Below, one piece after another: positions 28,023-36,823 of a stretch of DNA of 64,000 bases. Numbering within the stretch: the first letter of the stretch is position 1; each line of letters opens with the position of its first letter. Position numbers and translations under genes: made by a program. The stretch spans positions 64,402 through 128,401 of the forward strand of contig CAKVHC010000003.1 of NCBI GenBank assembly GCA_934747805.1, read 5' to 3'. The notes below the pieces were generated by a model. That model did not search any database. It was not told the origin of the DNA and saw nothing but the letters and a program-made list of their open reading frames with translations. This DNA comes from an uncultured Clostridia bacterium (GTDB lineage Bacteria; Bacillota; Clostridia; Christensenellales; UBA1242).

Positions 28023-28562
28023 ATGGATATGACAGCTGTAGAAATGATTGATAAATATACTTATTGGCACAGAGAGTATAAAAAGGGGGTTTTAGGTGTA
28101 AAGGAACTTGCATCTATTAAAGGCTATTTGACAATGCTAGAAGCAGAATTCGACAATGCGAGAAAGCCAAAAATCACTTTCGGTGAGTTTGTCAACGCTT
28201 TAAACAAGGAATTGGGAACTAGCCCAAAATACGCCAGCATATTTGTATCAAATAGTACTGGCGGTGACTACACTGAAGCCAATCTGAAACGTAAAGAGAA
28301 TGCACTTGTTCAATACGTCATCAAGTATGATGACAAAAAGGTGATGTTTATTGTCGACCAACCAATAGACGCGACAAATGCAAAATTTTTAAAACAGGAT
28401 TACACAACATACACTTATGCCACAGTGACAGGAGATAATGTTGCCAAGTTTAACATGCAGATGCCATTGCGTCAGATTGCTGAGCTGGGTGCTGTGGGCA
28501 ATGTTTATACACAAATTTTGACGGATAAAACAATGAAAGAAAATATAAAAACTCCTAAGTAG
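28023..28562 (+). CDS. Hypothetical protein
   Basis: 179-aa ORF (ATG 28023 or 28029 after AGAGGGG). No recognised motif. Confidence 0.45.
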   Translation: MDMTAVEMIDKYTYWHREYKKGVLGVKELASIKGYLTMLEAEFDNARKPKITFGEFVNALNKELGTSPKYASIFVSNSTGGDYTEANLKRKENALVQYVIKYDDKKVMFIVDQPIDATNAKFLKQDYTTYTYATVTGDNVAKFNMQMPLRQIAELGAVGNVYTQILTDKTMKENIKTPK

Positions 28563-28632
28563 GAGTTTTTTGGTTGAGAAGACCTTGTAATTTTTTGCCA
28601 GAAGTGTATAATTAAATCAAAGTGAGATAAAT

Positions 28633-29637
28633 ATGAGAAAATACGGAATAGGTGAACTTGCCTTTAACATTGTTGATGACAGCGAAGCAATTGAAGGTTT
28701 TAGATATACAGCCAACAATGTAGAATCTTCGGACAAAAGCCTAATGAAAAATATTAGCAAAGAAGTCATACTTGAATTTCTGCAATGCGATGGCACAAAG
28801 GTGTGGGCGGTCAAAAACGAAGCTGGTGATTACGACATTATCGCTTACAACAAGGTCTCTAAAGAACAAGTTCGTGTGTCAGGACTGGGCAATCATTTTA
28901 TGGCACTGATCAAAATTGTGAAAGAAGCTGAAAAGAAAACTGCCAACCCAGACCAACCTTTGCTTACTAATAAATTTATCAAAACCATCAATCAGCAGAT
29001 TCTTCTCAACCGAGAAGGCGAGGTGGGCATTGGCGAGTATAGATACAAAGATTATTTCGGCAGGCCAATCGTGATAGGCTTTGGCAAGATTGAAGACGGA
29101 CAAAAGGTGCGCACGGCAAGGTGTGTGGAACTCGAGCCAAGCATTGACAAAAACATTTACAAGAAAATGGATGAACTCGTTGATTGGGTTAATAACGAAG
29201 CTTTCAAAGACGAAAACAATGTTATGGCAGACATTGCACAGTTCCATGCACGATTTATTAAAATCCACCCATTCTGCGACGGCAACGGCAGAACTTGCCG
29301 ACTGCTAACCAATTACCTTCTCTTGACACAAGGTCTGAATATGCTTAACGTTCCAGCCAACGTTAAACGTCAGTACATTTTGGCACTGAACTATGCCAAC
29401 GCTAAATCCACCGAAGCATTTTTAAGTGAAGGCGAAGATTACAAAACCTTTTATGAAAAGGTGAAAGCAAAATTCGGCGAGAGGAGTGACGAAAATAAAT
29501 ATTTACCGCTTACTGAATTTTTGAAAAAATATACAATTGTAAACAGTAATGATCTGATTAACGAAATATTGAATTATCGGGGCAATAATCTACGTAATTT
29601 CTCAGCAAATCAAATTCCATGCAATACTCGAAATTAA
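28633..29637 (+). CDS. Fic/DOC family protein (AMPylase-type)
   Basis: Canonical Fic motif HPFCDGNGRTCRLL (HPFxxGNGR). Confidence 0.85.
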   Translation: MRKYGIGELAFNIVDDSEAIEGFRYTANNVESSDKSLMKNISKEVILEFLQCDGTKVWAVKNEAGDYDIIAYNKVSKEQVRVSGLGNHFMALIKIVKEAEKKTANPDQPLLTNKFIKTINQQILLNREGEVGIGEYRYKDYFGRPIVIGFGKIEDGQKVRTARCVELEPSIDKNIYKKMDELVDWVNNEAFKDENNVMADIAQFHARFIKIHPFCDGNGRTCRLLTNYLLLTQGLNMLNVPANVKRQYILALNYANAKSTEAFLSEGEDYKTFYEKVKAKFGERSDENKYLPLTEFLKKYTIVNSNDLINEILNYRGNNLRNFSANQIPCNTRN

Positions 29638-29638
29638 T

Positions 29639-29677
29639 AAAAAAAAGAGATTTATGAATTTTAAATCTCTTTTTTTA
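29639..29677. terminator. Bidirectional terminator between Fic gene and rarA
   Basis: 10-bp stem AAGAGATTTA/TAAATCTCTT flanked by an A-run and a T-run. Confidence 0.7.
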
Positions 29678-29706
29678 ACGTTTTTTTGTATTTTTAATTA
29701 TTTTTT

Positions 29707-30978
29707 TTAATCTTTTAATTTTTTTCTAACAATATCTTTTTCTTTTCCATTTTTACTTGGATGATAATATATTCTGTCTTTTAAACTATCAGGCAAATAT
29801 TGTTGTTTAACATATCCACCGTAATTATGTGGATATTTATAATTTTTACTCTCTTCAGTGTGATTTTTCAAATATGCTGGAATTTTGTCATCTGGGTTTT
29901 GTTCGGCATCGATCCTTGCTGAGTCCATTGCCATAACCACAGAATTGGATTTCTCAGCTTCACACACATAAATGATTGCGTGGGTGAGTGGCAACAAACA
30001 TTCAGGCACGCCCATATTCTTGATTGCATACAATGCTGAGCACGCCATAAGAAGTGCTTGACTGTCCGCCATTCCCACGTCTTCGCTGGCATGAGCAATG
30101 AGTCTTCGTGCAATTAGTTGTGGGTCACACCCAGCCGTAATTAACCTTTGTGAATAGTAAATCGCTGCATCGGCATCACTGCCACGCAAACTTTTGCAAA
30201 ATGCACTCAAAAGATTGTAGTACATAGTTTCGTCCACGCTCATTACAGGTTGCTGAATGCTCTCTTGTGCGACCGTTTTGTCTATAACAATTTCACCATT
30301 TGAATCCGGTTCAGTAGTGAGTATGGCGAGTTCAAGTGCGTTGAGTGCATTCCTAAGGTCGCCAGAGCTAGCACTCGCAAAGTGGTTAAGTGCGTCAACA
30401 TCAATCTTTACATTATAGTTTCCCATTCCACGACTCTTGTCTTTCAGAGCACGAAGCAAAGCGTCCTTTATGTCAGCAGTTGTAAGCGGCTTGAACTCAA
30501 AAAGTCGGCACCTTGACACGATTGCCGGAGTCATCGAATAGTTTGGGTTTTCGGTCGTCGAACCGATGAAAGTGATATATCCACGTTCAATCGCTTCCAA
30601 CACGCAATCGCTTTGTGCTTTATTCCAGCGGTGACATTCGTCGAGCAACAGATAAGTCTTCTTGCCATAGATTTCCATGTCTTTTTTGGCTTGGTCAATT
30701 ATTTTTTTTGCATCAGTCACACCGCTGGAAACGGCATTAAGTTTCACAAACTTGCCATTGAACGTGCTGGCAATTATGTTCGCAAGAGTAGTTTTTCCGC
30801 ACCCTGGTGGGCCGTAGAAAATACAACTGCCTAAACGATTGGATTTGATTGCACGAGATAGGAGCGTATTTGGTCCAACGATATGTTTTTGTCCGACGAA
30901 TTCTTCTAGGCTGGTCGGACGCATTCTTTCATACAAAGGCGCATTTGTTCGTGCCATTTCTTCAAACATATTTTCCAT
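29707..30978 (-). CDS. rarA: Replication-associated recombination protein A (MgsA/RarA AAA+ ATPase)
   Basis: GPPGCGKTTLA Walker A, LLLDECHRWNK Walker B, and the conserved C-terminal YKYPHNYGGYVKQQYLP. Confidence 0.92.
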   Translation of the reverse strand: MENMFEEMARTNAPLYERMRPTSLEEFVGQKHIVGPNTLLSRAIKSNRLGSCIFYGPPGCGKTTLANIIASTFNGKFVKLNAVSSGVTDAKKIIDQAKKDMEIYGKKTYLLLDECHRWNKAQSDCVLEAIERGYITFIGSTTENPNYSMTPAIVSRCRLFEFKPLTTADIKDALLRALKDKSRGMGNYNVKIDVDALNHFASASSGDLRNALNALELAILTTEPDSNGEIVIDKTVAQESIQQPVMSVDETMYYNLLSAFCKSLRGSDADAAIYYSQRLITAGCDPQLIARRLIAHASEDVGMADSQALLMACSALYAIKNMGVPECLLPLTHAIIYVCEAEKSNSVVMAMDSARIDAEQNPDDKIPAYLKNHTEESKNYKYPHNYGGYVKQQYLPDSLKDRIYYHPSKNGKEKDIVRKKLKD

Positions 30979-30997
30979 ATCGCCATTATATCACAAA

Positions 30998-32164
30998 CTA
31001 ATATAAAATACAATCTAGTTTTGCAATATCTTCATAGTTTATTGGAATGCTTGCGGAAAAAACTTTTCCGTCTAACAAATAGCATGCTTTGTTGCCTTTC
31101 TTTACTTCCACGCCCAAATCTTTCATCACAAAGTCGCATCCAATCAACCGTGTATTAGGATGCACGATAAGAGCATTGTTTTCGCTGCGTAGTCCAACAA
31201 TCTCACGCATGAAGAAATTGTATGCTTTCGAGTGTGGGTTGTGATTAAACAACTTTGTCAGGTCGGCACAGATTTGTTGAGTGTCAGTTTGCACTAGTTC
31301 GTTGTAAATTCTTTGCACACGATTATCATAAAATTTAATGTCATATCCGTCAAAAACATTGTTGAATTTGATTTCACTGTTTACGAACATATCGAATAAA
31401 TTTAGATGCCTGACCACACTTGTTTGGCAAACAAATTTTACGTTGTCAAAATATATTTTCAATAAACTTTGATTGAACACATTTTTATATTCCACTCGGT
31501 TTCTGTAACACACTCGAATAACGTCGCAGGTTTGGTAGTTTCCAAACATTTCCACACATTTAATTTTTGGTGATTGGCAGTTTGATTTGAGCACATATTT
31601 TCGCTTCGTTTTTGTGGACAGGTTGCCAAGCAGATTGTAAGCGTCAAATACATCAAAATTTTTAACACCATCACCATTCGCAATTACAACATTTTTCATT
31701 CGTGACTCATCGGCAAATACTATGCCTAACTGTCCACCTTTTTCAATAAATTTTTCACATGCAGAAATAATAATATTTTTATCTATTTTTTTATTAATAA
31801 TTAAAAAATTAAAATTAAATAAATTATTATATTTTTTATTTAATTCTAAAATAAAATTAAAAAATTTAAAATCATAATTTTTAGCATCTTTTTTCATAAA
31901 ATTATTGAAATTTCGTGAAAAATATTGTGTAGTTATATTTTTTTGTAATAATTTTGCATTTATTTGGCTATTTTTTATTTTGTAGACCAATATATCTGCA
32001 ATTATATTATTAATATCTTTTTTGCAAAAAATGTACTCTTTATTTTTAAATACGTAGGGCTCAAAATGAAAAATAAATTTATTTGCATTTTTTTGTTTTT
32101 GGATTAAAAAAATTGCCATTAAAAAAGCAGGGATAATAAATATACAAATATTAATAAATAACAT
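30998..32164 (-). CDS. Hypothetical membrane-anchored protein with extremely AT-rich 5' third
   Basis: 388-aa ORF with an N-terminal TM. Codons 1-140 are almost entirely K/N/I/F. No motif recognised. Confidence 0.45.
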   Translation of the reverse strand: MLFINICIFIIPAFLMAIFLIQKQKNANKFIFHFEPYVFKNKEYIFCKKDINNIIADILVYKIKNSQINAKLLQKNITTQYFSRNFNNFMKKDAKNYDFKFFNFILELNKKYNNLFNFNFLIINKKIDKNIIISACEKFIEKGGQLGIVFADESRMKNVVIANGDGVKNFDVFDAYNLLGNLSTKTKRKYVLKSNCQSPKIKCVEMFGNYQTCDVIRVCYRNRVEYKNVFNQSLLKIYFDNVKFVCQTSVVRHLNLFDMFVNSEIKFNNVFDGYDIKFYDNRVQRIYNELVQTDTQQICADLTKLFNHNPHSKAYNFFMREIVGLRSENNALIVHPNTRLIGCDFVMKDLGVEVKKGNKACYLLDGKVFSASIPINYEDIAKLDCILY

Positions 32165-32263
32165 ATCTAAATTATTGGCACAAATGCAAAAGTTATACAG
32201 CCGAAATCGTTTGACAAAACGTGTGCAAAATTATAGATTTAAATTAAGCAAAATAAGGAGTGA

Positions 32264-33286
<1,023 letters not shown>

Positions 33287-33289
33287 AAC

Positions 33290-33312
33290 AACGCCCGCAG
33301 CGGCGTTTTTTT
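33290..33312 (+). terminator. gap terminator
   Basis: AACGCC/GGCGTT stem and TTTTTTT. Confidence 0.7.
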
Positions 33313-33370
33313 AATAAAAAAGATAAACTAAGTTTACCTTTATTCTATAAGTGGGGTGGATACAAGGACT
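33313..33370 (-). repeat. Direct-repeat copy: last 19 nt of tRNA-His (33352-33370) plus its 39-nt downstream terminator region
   Basis: 57 of 58 nt are identical to 33468-33525. Identity ends inside the T-loop. Confidence 0.85.
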
Positions 33371-33390
33371 TAGTCTATGTGGCTGCAAGC

Positions 33391-33449
33391 CATATATTTC
33401 GGGTGACGACGGAGTCGGCGGGGTCCCGAATACCGAAGGTGAGAGTCCG
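33391..33449. ncRNA. Candidate structured element, copy 1 (conserved with 39036-39091)
   Basis: CATATATTTCGG...CGGGGTCCCGAATAC...GTGAGAG.CCG is shared with copy 2. A compensatory change occurs in the inner hairpin. Strand and function unknown. Confidence 0.35.
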
Positions 33450-33467
33450 TGTACTTTGTGTTAAAAA

Positions 33468-33505
33468 ATAAAAAAGATAAACTAGGTTTACCTTTATTCT
33501 ATAAG
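33468..33505 (-). terminator. Terminator of the tRNA Gly-Arg-His operon (part of the 58-nt direct repeat)
   Basis: Minus strand reads AAGGTAAAC-CTA-GTTTATCTT followed by TTTTATTTTTT. Confidence 0.55.
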
Positions 33506-33582
33506 TGGGGTGGATACAAGGACTCGAACCTTGGACAACCAGATCCACAATCTGGCGCTCTACCAACTGAACTATATCCACC
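33506..33582 (-). tRNA. tRNA-His (anticodon GTG)
   Basis: Encoded G-1, acceptor GTGGATA, anticodon loop TTGTGGA, discriminator C, CCA. Confidence 0.9.
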
Positions 33583-33586
33583 ATAC

Positions 33587-33663
33587 TGGTGTGCTCGGGG
33601 GGATTCGAACCCTCGACCCTCGCCTTAGAAGGGCGATGCTCTATCCAACTGAGCTACGAGCAC
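33587..33663 (-). tRNA. tRNA-Arg (anticodon TCT)
   Basis: Acceptor GTGCTCG/CGAGCAC, anticodon loop CTTCTAA, T-loop TTCGAAT, CCA. Confidence 0.85.
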
Positions 33664-33722
33664 ATATTAATTTGTTTTATGAGCCTGTATTTGTTTGCAC
33701 ACATTACAAATATACTTATTGT

Positions 33723-33741
33723 GGAGCGGGTGATGGGAATA
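33723..33741 (-). repeat. Isolated copy of the last 19 nt of tRNA-Gly(UCC)
   Basis: Identical to 33855-33873 (TGGAGCGGGTGATGGGAAT). It starts at the same T-loop position as the tRNA-His fragment. Confidence 0.8.
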
Positions 33742-33854
33742 ATAATCTGACGATTATTGGCTTCGCACGAACTTTGTCCGCTTCAAACGACTGTCGTCGT
33801 TTTGTTGCTAACGCAACTCCATCACCTTGCAAAGCAAAGCAGAAATACAAACTA

Positions 33855-33928
33855 TGGAGCGGGTGATGGGAATCGGACCCACGCAGCCAGCTTGGAAGGC
33901 TGGAACTCTACCATTGAGCTACACCCGC
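33855..33928 (-). tRNA. tRNA-Gly (anticodon TCC) with non-canonical T-loop TCCGATT
   Basis: Acceptor GCGGGTG/CACCCGC, anticodon loop CTTCCAA, CCA. Position 55 is C instead of the near-invariant U. Confidence 0.8.
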
Positions 33929-33946
33929 ACAATGTCGTACTTTGAC

Positions 33947-33975
33947 ATAATAACACACAACACGACGTCAGTCAA
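33947..33975 (-). promoter_or_regulatory. Sigma-A promoter of the tRNA Gly-Arg-His operon
   Basis: Minus strand reads TTGACT (33975-33970), a 17-nt spacer, TATTAT (33952-33947). Confidence 0.65.
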
Positions 33976-34136
33976 TCGTTTTTTACAAAAAAGTTGGCAC
34001 CAAATTCTCATAATTACCAAAAAATAGCAGATAAATTTTGCAGAAACGCAAATAACACAGACCAAACCACACAATATAATAGTGCAAACATAATCCAACA
34101 TATAAGTTGCCAATGTGTTTGTAAAAGGGGGTTAGA

Positions 34137-34256
34137 ATGAGAAAGAAAGACTGTGCAAGAAATTGCTCAAATAAATCTCAAACTAACAGTGCAAAGAACT
34201 GCTCTAACAAAAGTCGAGCATGTTCAAACAAGTCGACATCTAGCCAAGAAGACTAG
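34137..34256 (+). CDS. Small Cys-rich repeat peptide (39 aa), not in ORF track
   Basis: AAAGGGGG RBS 5-12 nt upstream. Hand translation gives MRKKDCARNCSNKSQTNSAKNCSNKSRACSNKSTSSQED, with three (N/A)CSNKS repeats. Confidence 0.35.
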   Translation: MRKKDCARNCSNKSQTNSAKNCSNKSRACSNKSTSSQED

Positions 34257-34328
34257 TTCGACTCAGTGCCTAGTGGCACAATTTAGGTATTAGATTACTA
34301 ATACCAGTGTAGGCGACCGCCTACGTTT

Positions 34329-34357
34329 AAAAAGACTGCCAATTGGCAGTCTTTTTT
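34329..34357 (+). terminator. Rho-independent terminator; partially re-duplicated at 34368-34392
   Basis: AGACTGCC-AATT-GGCAGTCT followed by TTTTTT. GCCAATTGGCAGTCTTTTTTAAACT is repeated 30 nt downstream. Confidence 0.65.
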
Positions 34358-34593
34358 AAACTCCTTAGCCAATTGGCAGTCTTTTTTAAACTTCTTTGCC
34401 AAACGGCAAATCCATAACTCCTTCTGCACTTTGGCAATTATTTTAGATTATATTGTCAAAAGACTCATTGTCACAAAGTCATAAGTCGTGTGGCAGTTTT
34501 CTCTAAATATTTTCCACTTCAGAATACTTTTTTACAACCTTAGTGAAAAATATCTATGAATTAAACAACATTAAATGCATTCACGCACCAAAA

Positions 34594-36591
34594 TCAATCC
34601 GTCAGATAAAACGTGCAAGTTGAAAGCTTTTTGCGTTTTAGTTTGAGCACCTTGCCGCTTTGCGTCTCAAAGTAATAGTCCTTGTTGTATGGGCATTTTC
34701 CGCAATTTGCGTTAAGGTCGTTTTTCATAGGGCAGTGGCGGAGCGTCATATATGGGAACGGCGTCTTATTTATGAAGCAATCTTCACTGCACATCACCGG
34801 TAGACTGAGCAAGTTTGCAGTGTATTTGTTAAACACGTTCATGCCGCCACCAATCACTTTTTCGCATTTGAAATCTAGTGCGTACATATTGTTCACAATG
34901 ACCGCAATGTCGTTTTTCTCGACCAATTTTTTAAGATACGCCACATCGGCATCCAGTGCAAAATTCGGCAGATTAAGATAAAGTTTTTTGCCAAAACATT
35001 TGCACATTTCTTTCAAACTTGTGATCTCATTCTCATCATATATTTCAGGCGAGTAAATAACGTTCTTCGCAGGAGTTAAGCTAGGATTTTCTTCAAAGAT
35101 TTCAAAGTCGCTGAATATTTCGTATTTTAAATCCGTGTCAATTTTTAAATGCGGAAGGTTATGTTTATATTTCTCTTTAACTGCATCCAAAAGGACAGAG
35201 TAAAACACCCTTCTAAATTCGTTTAGTTTGCTCTTTTGAATGAACACGCCGTCAGTTTTGAACTCAATTTCAGGTGAGAAATACTCGTTTCTCTCAAAGT
35301 TGGCTTGTAATTCATCTTTGGATAAAGCTTGCGATTTTGCCTTGTCCAGCACGTCTCCAGTTAGTGTGACGTTGTAGAAATCTGTGCAAGCAGTAAGTCT
35401 TTTGCCTGCGAACGCTTCGATTGTAATTAGTATCGGCTTTTTGTGGACATAAGACAGGATTTCACTTTCCAATTCGGCGTCGGTTATTAGGTTGACCGAG
35501 TCGCCTTTTCTGGCTGGCTGTGTGGTGGTGACTAAGTATGTTTTATCTGCATTTTGTTTAAGGTCAAACAAGGCAATTGTGCTGATTTCCTTTTCTCCGT
35601 CAAAAATCTTGATAGACGACTTCGCACTCAGTGGGCGAGTCGAAGTGAACATTATCTCGTTGAACCTTTTACCTTTCTTCACATTCACCACTTCGCCAAT
35701 GCGACTGCCGATGTGGTTGTTGAATTTTGAAATGATGCTTCCGTTTCCGTCAAAATAACCAGCCGTAAATCCACGATTGAACGCAAGCTCCAAGTTTTTC
35801 TGATTTGCGGTCAGCCCGTCTACAGCCTTTCTATATTCCATTGTTGCCGTCGCCACATAAAAAGGTCGTCTAGCTCGCCCCTCAATTTTTAGTACGTCAA
35901 CGCCAGCGTATTCAAGTTTTGGTAGGGTGGTGGACATATTGAAGTCCTTTGCGCTTAATAGATAGCCCTCTGCCAGCGTCTTGCCCTGATTTTTGAGTTT
36001 GTATGGCAGGCGACAAAGCTGTTTGCATCTTCCACGATTTCCGCTAGCATCATACAAATACGAACTCAAATAGCAGTTGCCCGAGAAGCAAACACAGAGT
36101 GCCCCTTGTGCGAAATATTCAATCTCAACGCCTGCATTTTCCTTTATGTTCTTGATTTCTTCTAGCGGAGTCTCTCGTGCCAGAACCACTCTTTTGAAAC
36201 CAAACTTTTTCGCATTCAACACGCCTTCAAGATTGTGAAGCCCCAACTGTGTGCTGGCGTGCAACTCAATCTCAGGATAGTTAGTGTGCAGAATGTGCGC
36301 TAGCCCAAGGTCTTGAATAATGAAACAATCCACACCAAAATTGAAAGCGTCAATCACAAGGTTGACTGCGTCTTCGAGTTCGTCGTCGCGAAAAAGAATA
36401 TTCACCGCCAGATTGACCTTCACGCCGTGAATGTGCGCAAAACACACGACTTCGTCCAAGTCGTCCAGCGTAAATCCCTCGATATTGTTGCGTGCATTAA
36501 AATTGCTGATGCCCAAATACACTTCGTCCGCGCCATAATACACTGCCATTTTTAAGCTCTCAAAATTTCCAACAGGAGATAATATTTTCAT
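34594..36591 (-). CDS. Peptidase U32 family protein, long form (with C-terminal extension)
   Basis: MKILSPVGNFESLKMAVYYGADEVYLG, ARE..L, and the U32 Cys cluster region CVCFSGNCYLSSY...GNRGRCKQLCR. Confidence 0.8.
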   Translation of the reverse strand: MKILSPVGNFESLKMAVYYGADEVYLGISNFNARNNIEGFTLDDLDEVVCFAHIHGVKVNLAVNILFRDDELEDAVNLVIDAFNFGVDCFIIQDLGLAHILHTNYPEIELHASTQLGLHNLEGVLNAKKFGFKRVVLARETPLEEIKNIKENAGVEIEYFAQGALCVCFSGNCYLSSYLYDASGNRGRCKQLCRLPYKLKNQGKTLAEGYLLSAKDFNMSTTLPKLEYAGVDVLKIEGRARRPFYVATATMEYRKAVDGLTANQKNLELAFNRGFTAGYFDGNGSIISKFNNHIGSRIGEVVNVKKGKRFNEIMFTSTRPLSAKSSIKIFDGEKEISTIALFDLKQNADKTYLVTTTQPARKGDSVNLITDAELESEILSYVHKKPILITIEAFAGKRLTACTDFYNVTLTGDVLDKAKSQALSKDELQANFERNEYFSPEIEFKTDGVFIQKSKLNEFRRVFYSVLLDAVKEKYKHNLPHLKIDTDLKYEIFSDFEIFEENPSLTPAKNVIYSPEIYDENEITSLKEMCKCFGKKLYLNLPNFALDADVAYLKKLVEKNDIAVIVNNMYALDFKCEKVIGGGMNVFNKYTANLLSLPVMCSEDCFINKTPFPYMTLRHCPMKNDLNANCGKCPYNKDYYFETQSGKVLKLKRKKLSTCTFYLTD

Positions 36592-36782
36592 ACGCCACCA
36601 TTATACCATTTCCGCCCCAAAAAGTAAATCCATTGCGACCGAAACTTTGCCATCCATTTCCAAATCCCCAACAGTCCGTCGGAAGCACCAATATATTTGA
36701 CCTTTAGATAGCCAATCGTTTCCTTGTACAGATTTTAGCGAATGATAACATCAAAAGATAATTTCAAGGCAACTAATGGAAA

Positions 36783-36812
36783 CAAAAAAGCAGACTGTGT
36801 TAGTCTGCTTTT
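36783..36812 (-). terminator. Terminator of cassette gene 1 (hairpin family GCAGAC-N-GTCTGC)
   Basis: AGCAGACT/AGTCTGCT stem. The minus strand is followed by TTTTTT. Confidence 0.7.
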
Positions 36813-36823
36813 GGTAATTAAAT

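Noticed and set aside
33742-33854. Similarity between the tRNA-Gly spacer and the conserved 56-nt motif or the tRNA-Lys spacer. All contain CGAC...GTCG-type hairpins, for example AACGAC-TGTC-GTCGTT.
   Set aside because: Only short GC hairpin cores are shared and no colinear alignment could be made by eye. They are treated as unrelated unless a covariance search says otherwise.
33375-34027. Track ORFs 33375-33584(-), 33510-33866(+), 33757-33945(+) and 33827-34027(+).
   Set aside because: They are translations of tRNA genes and their spacers (His, Arg, Gly). They have no RBS and overlap well-folded tRNAs.
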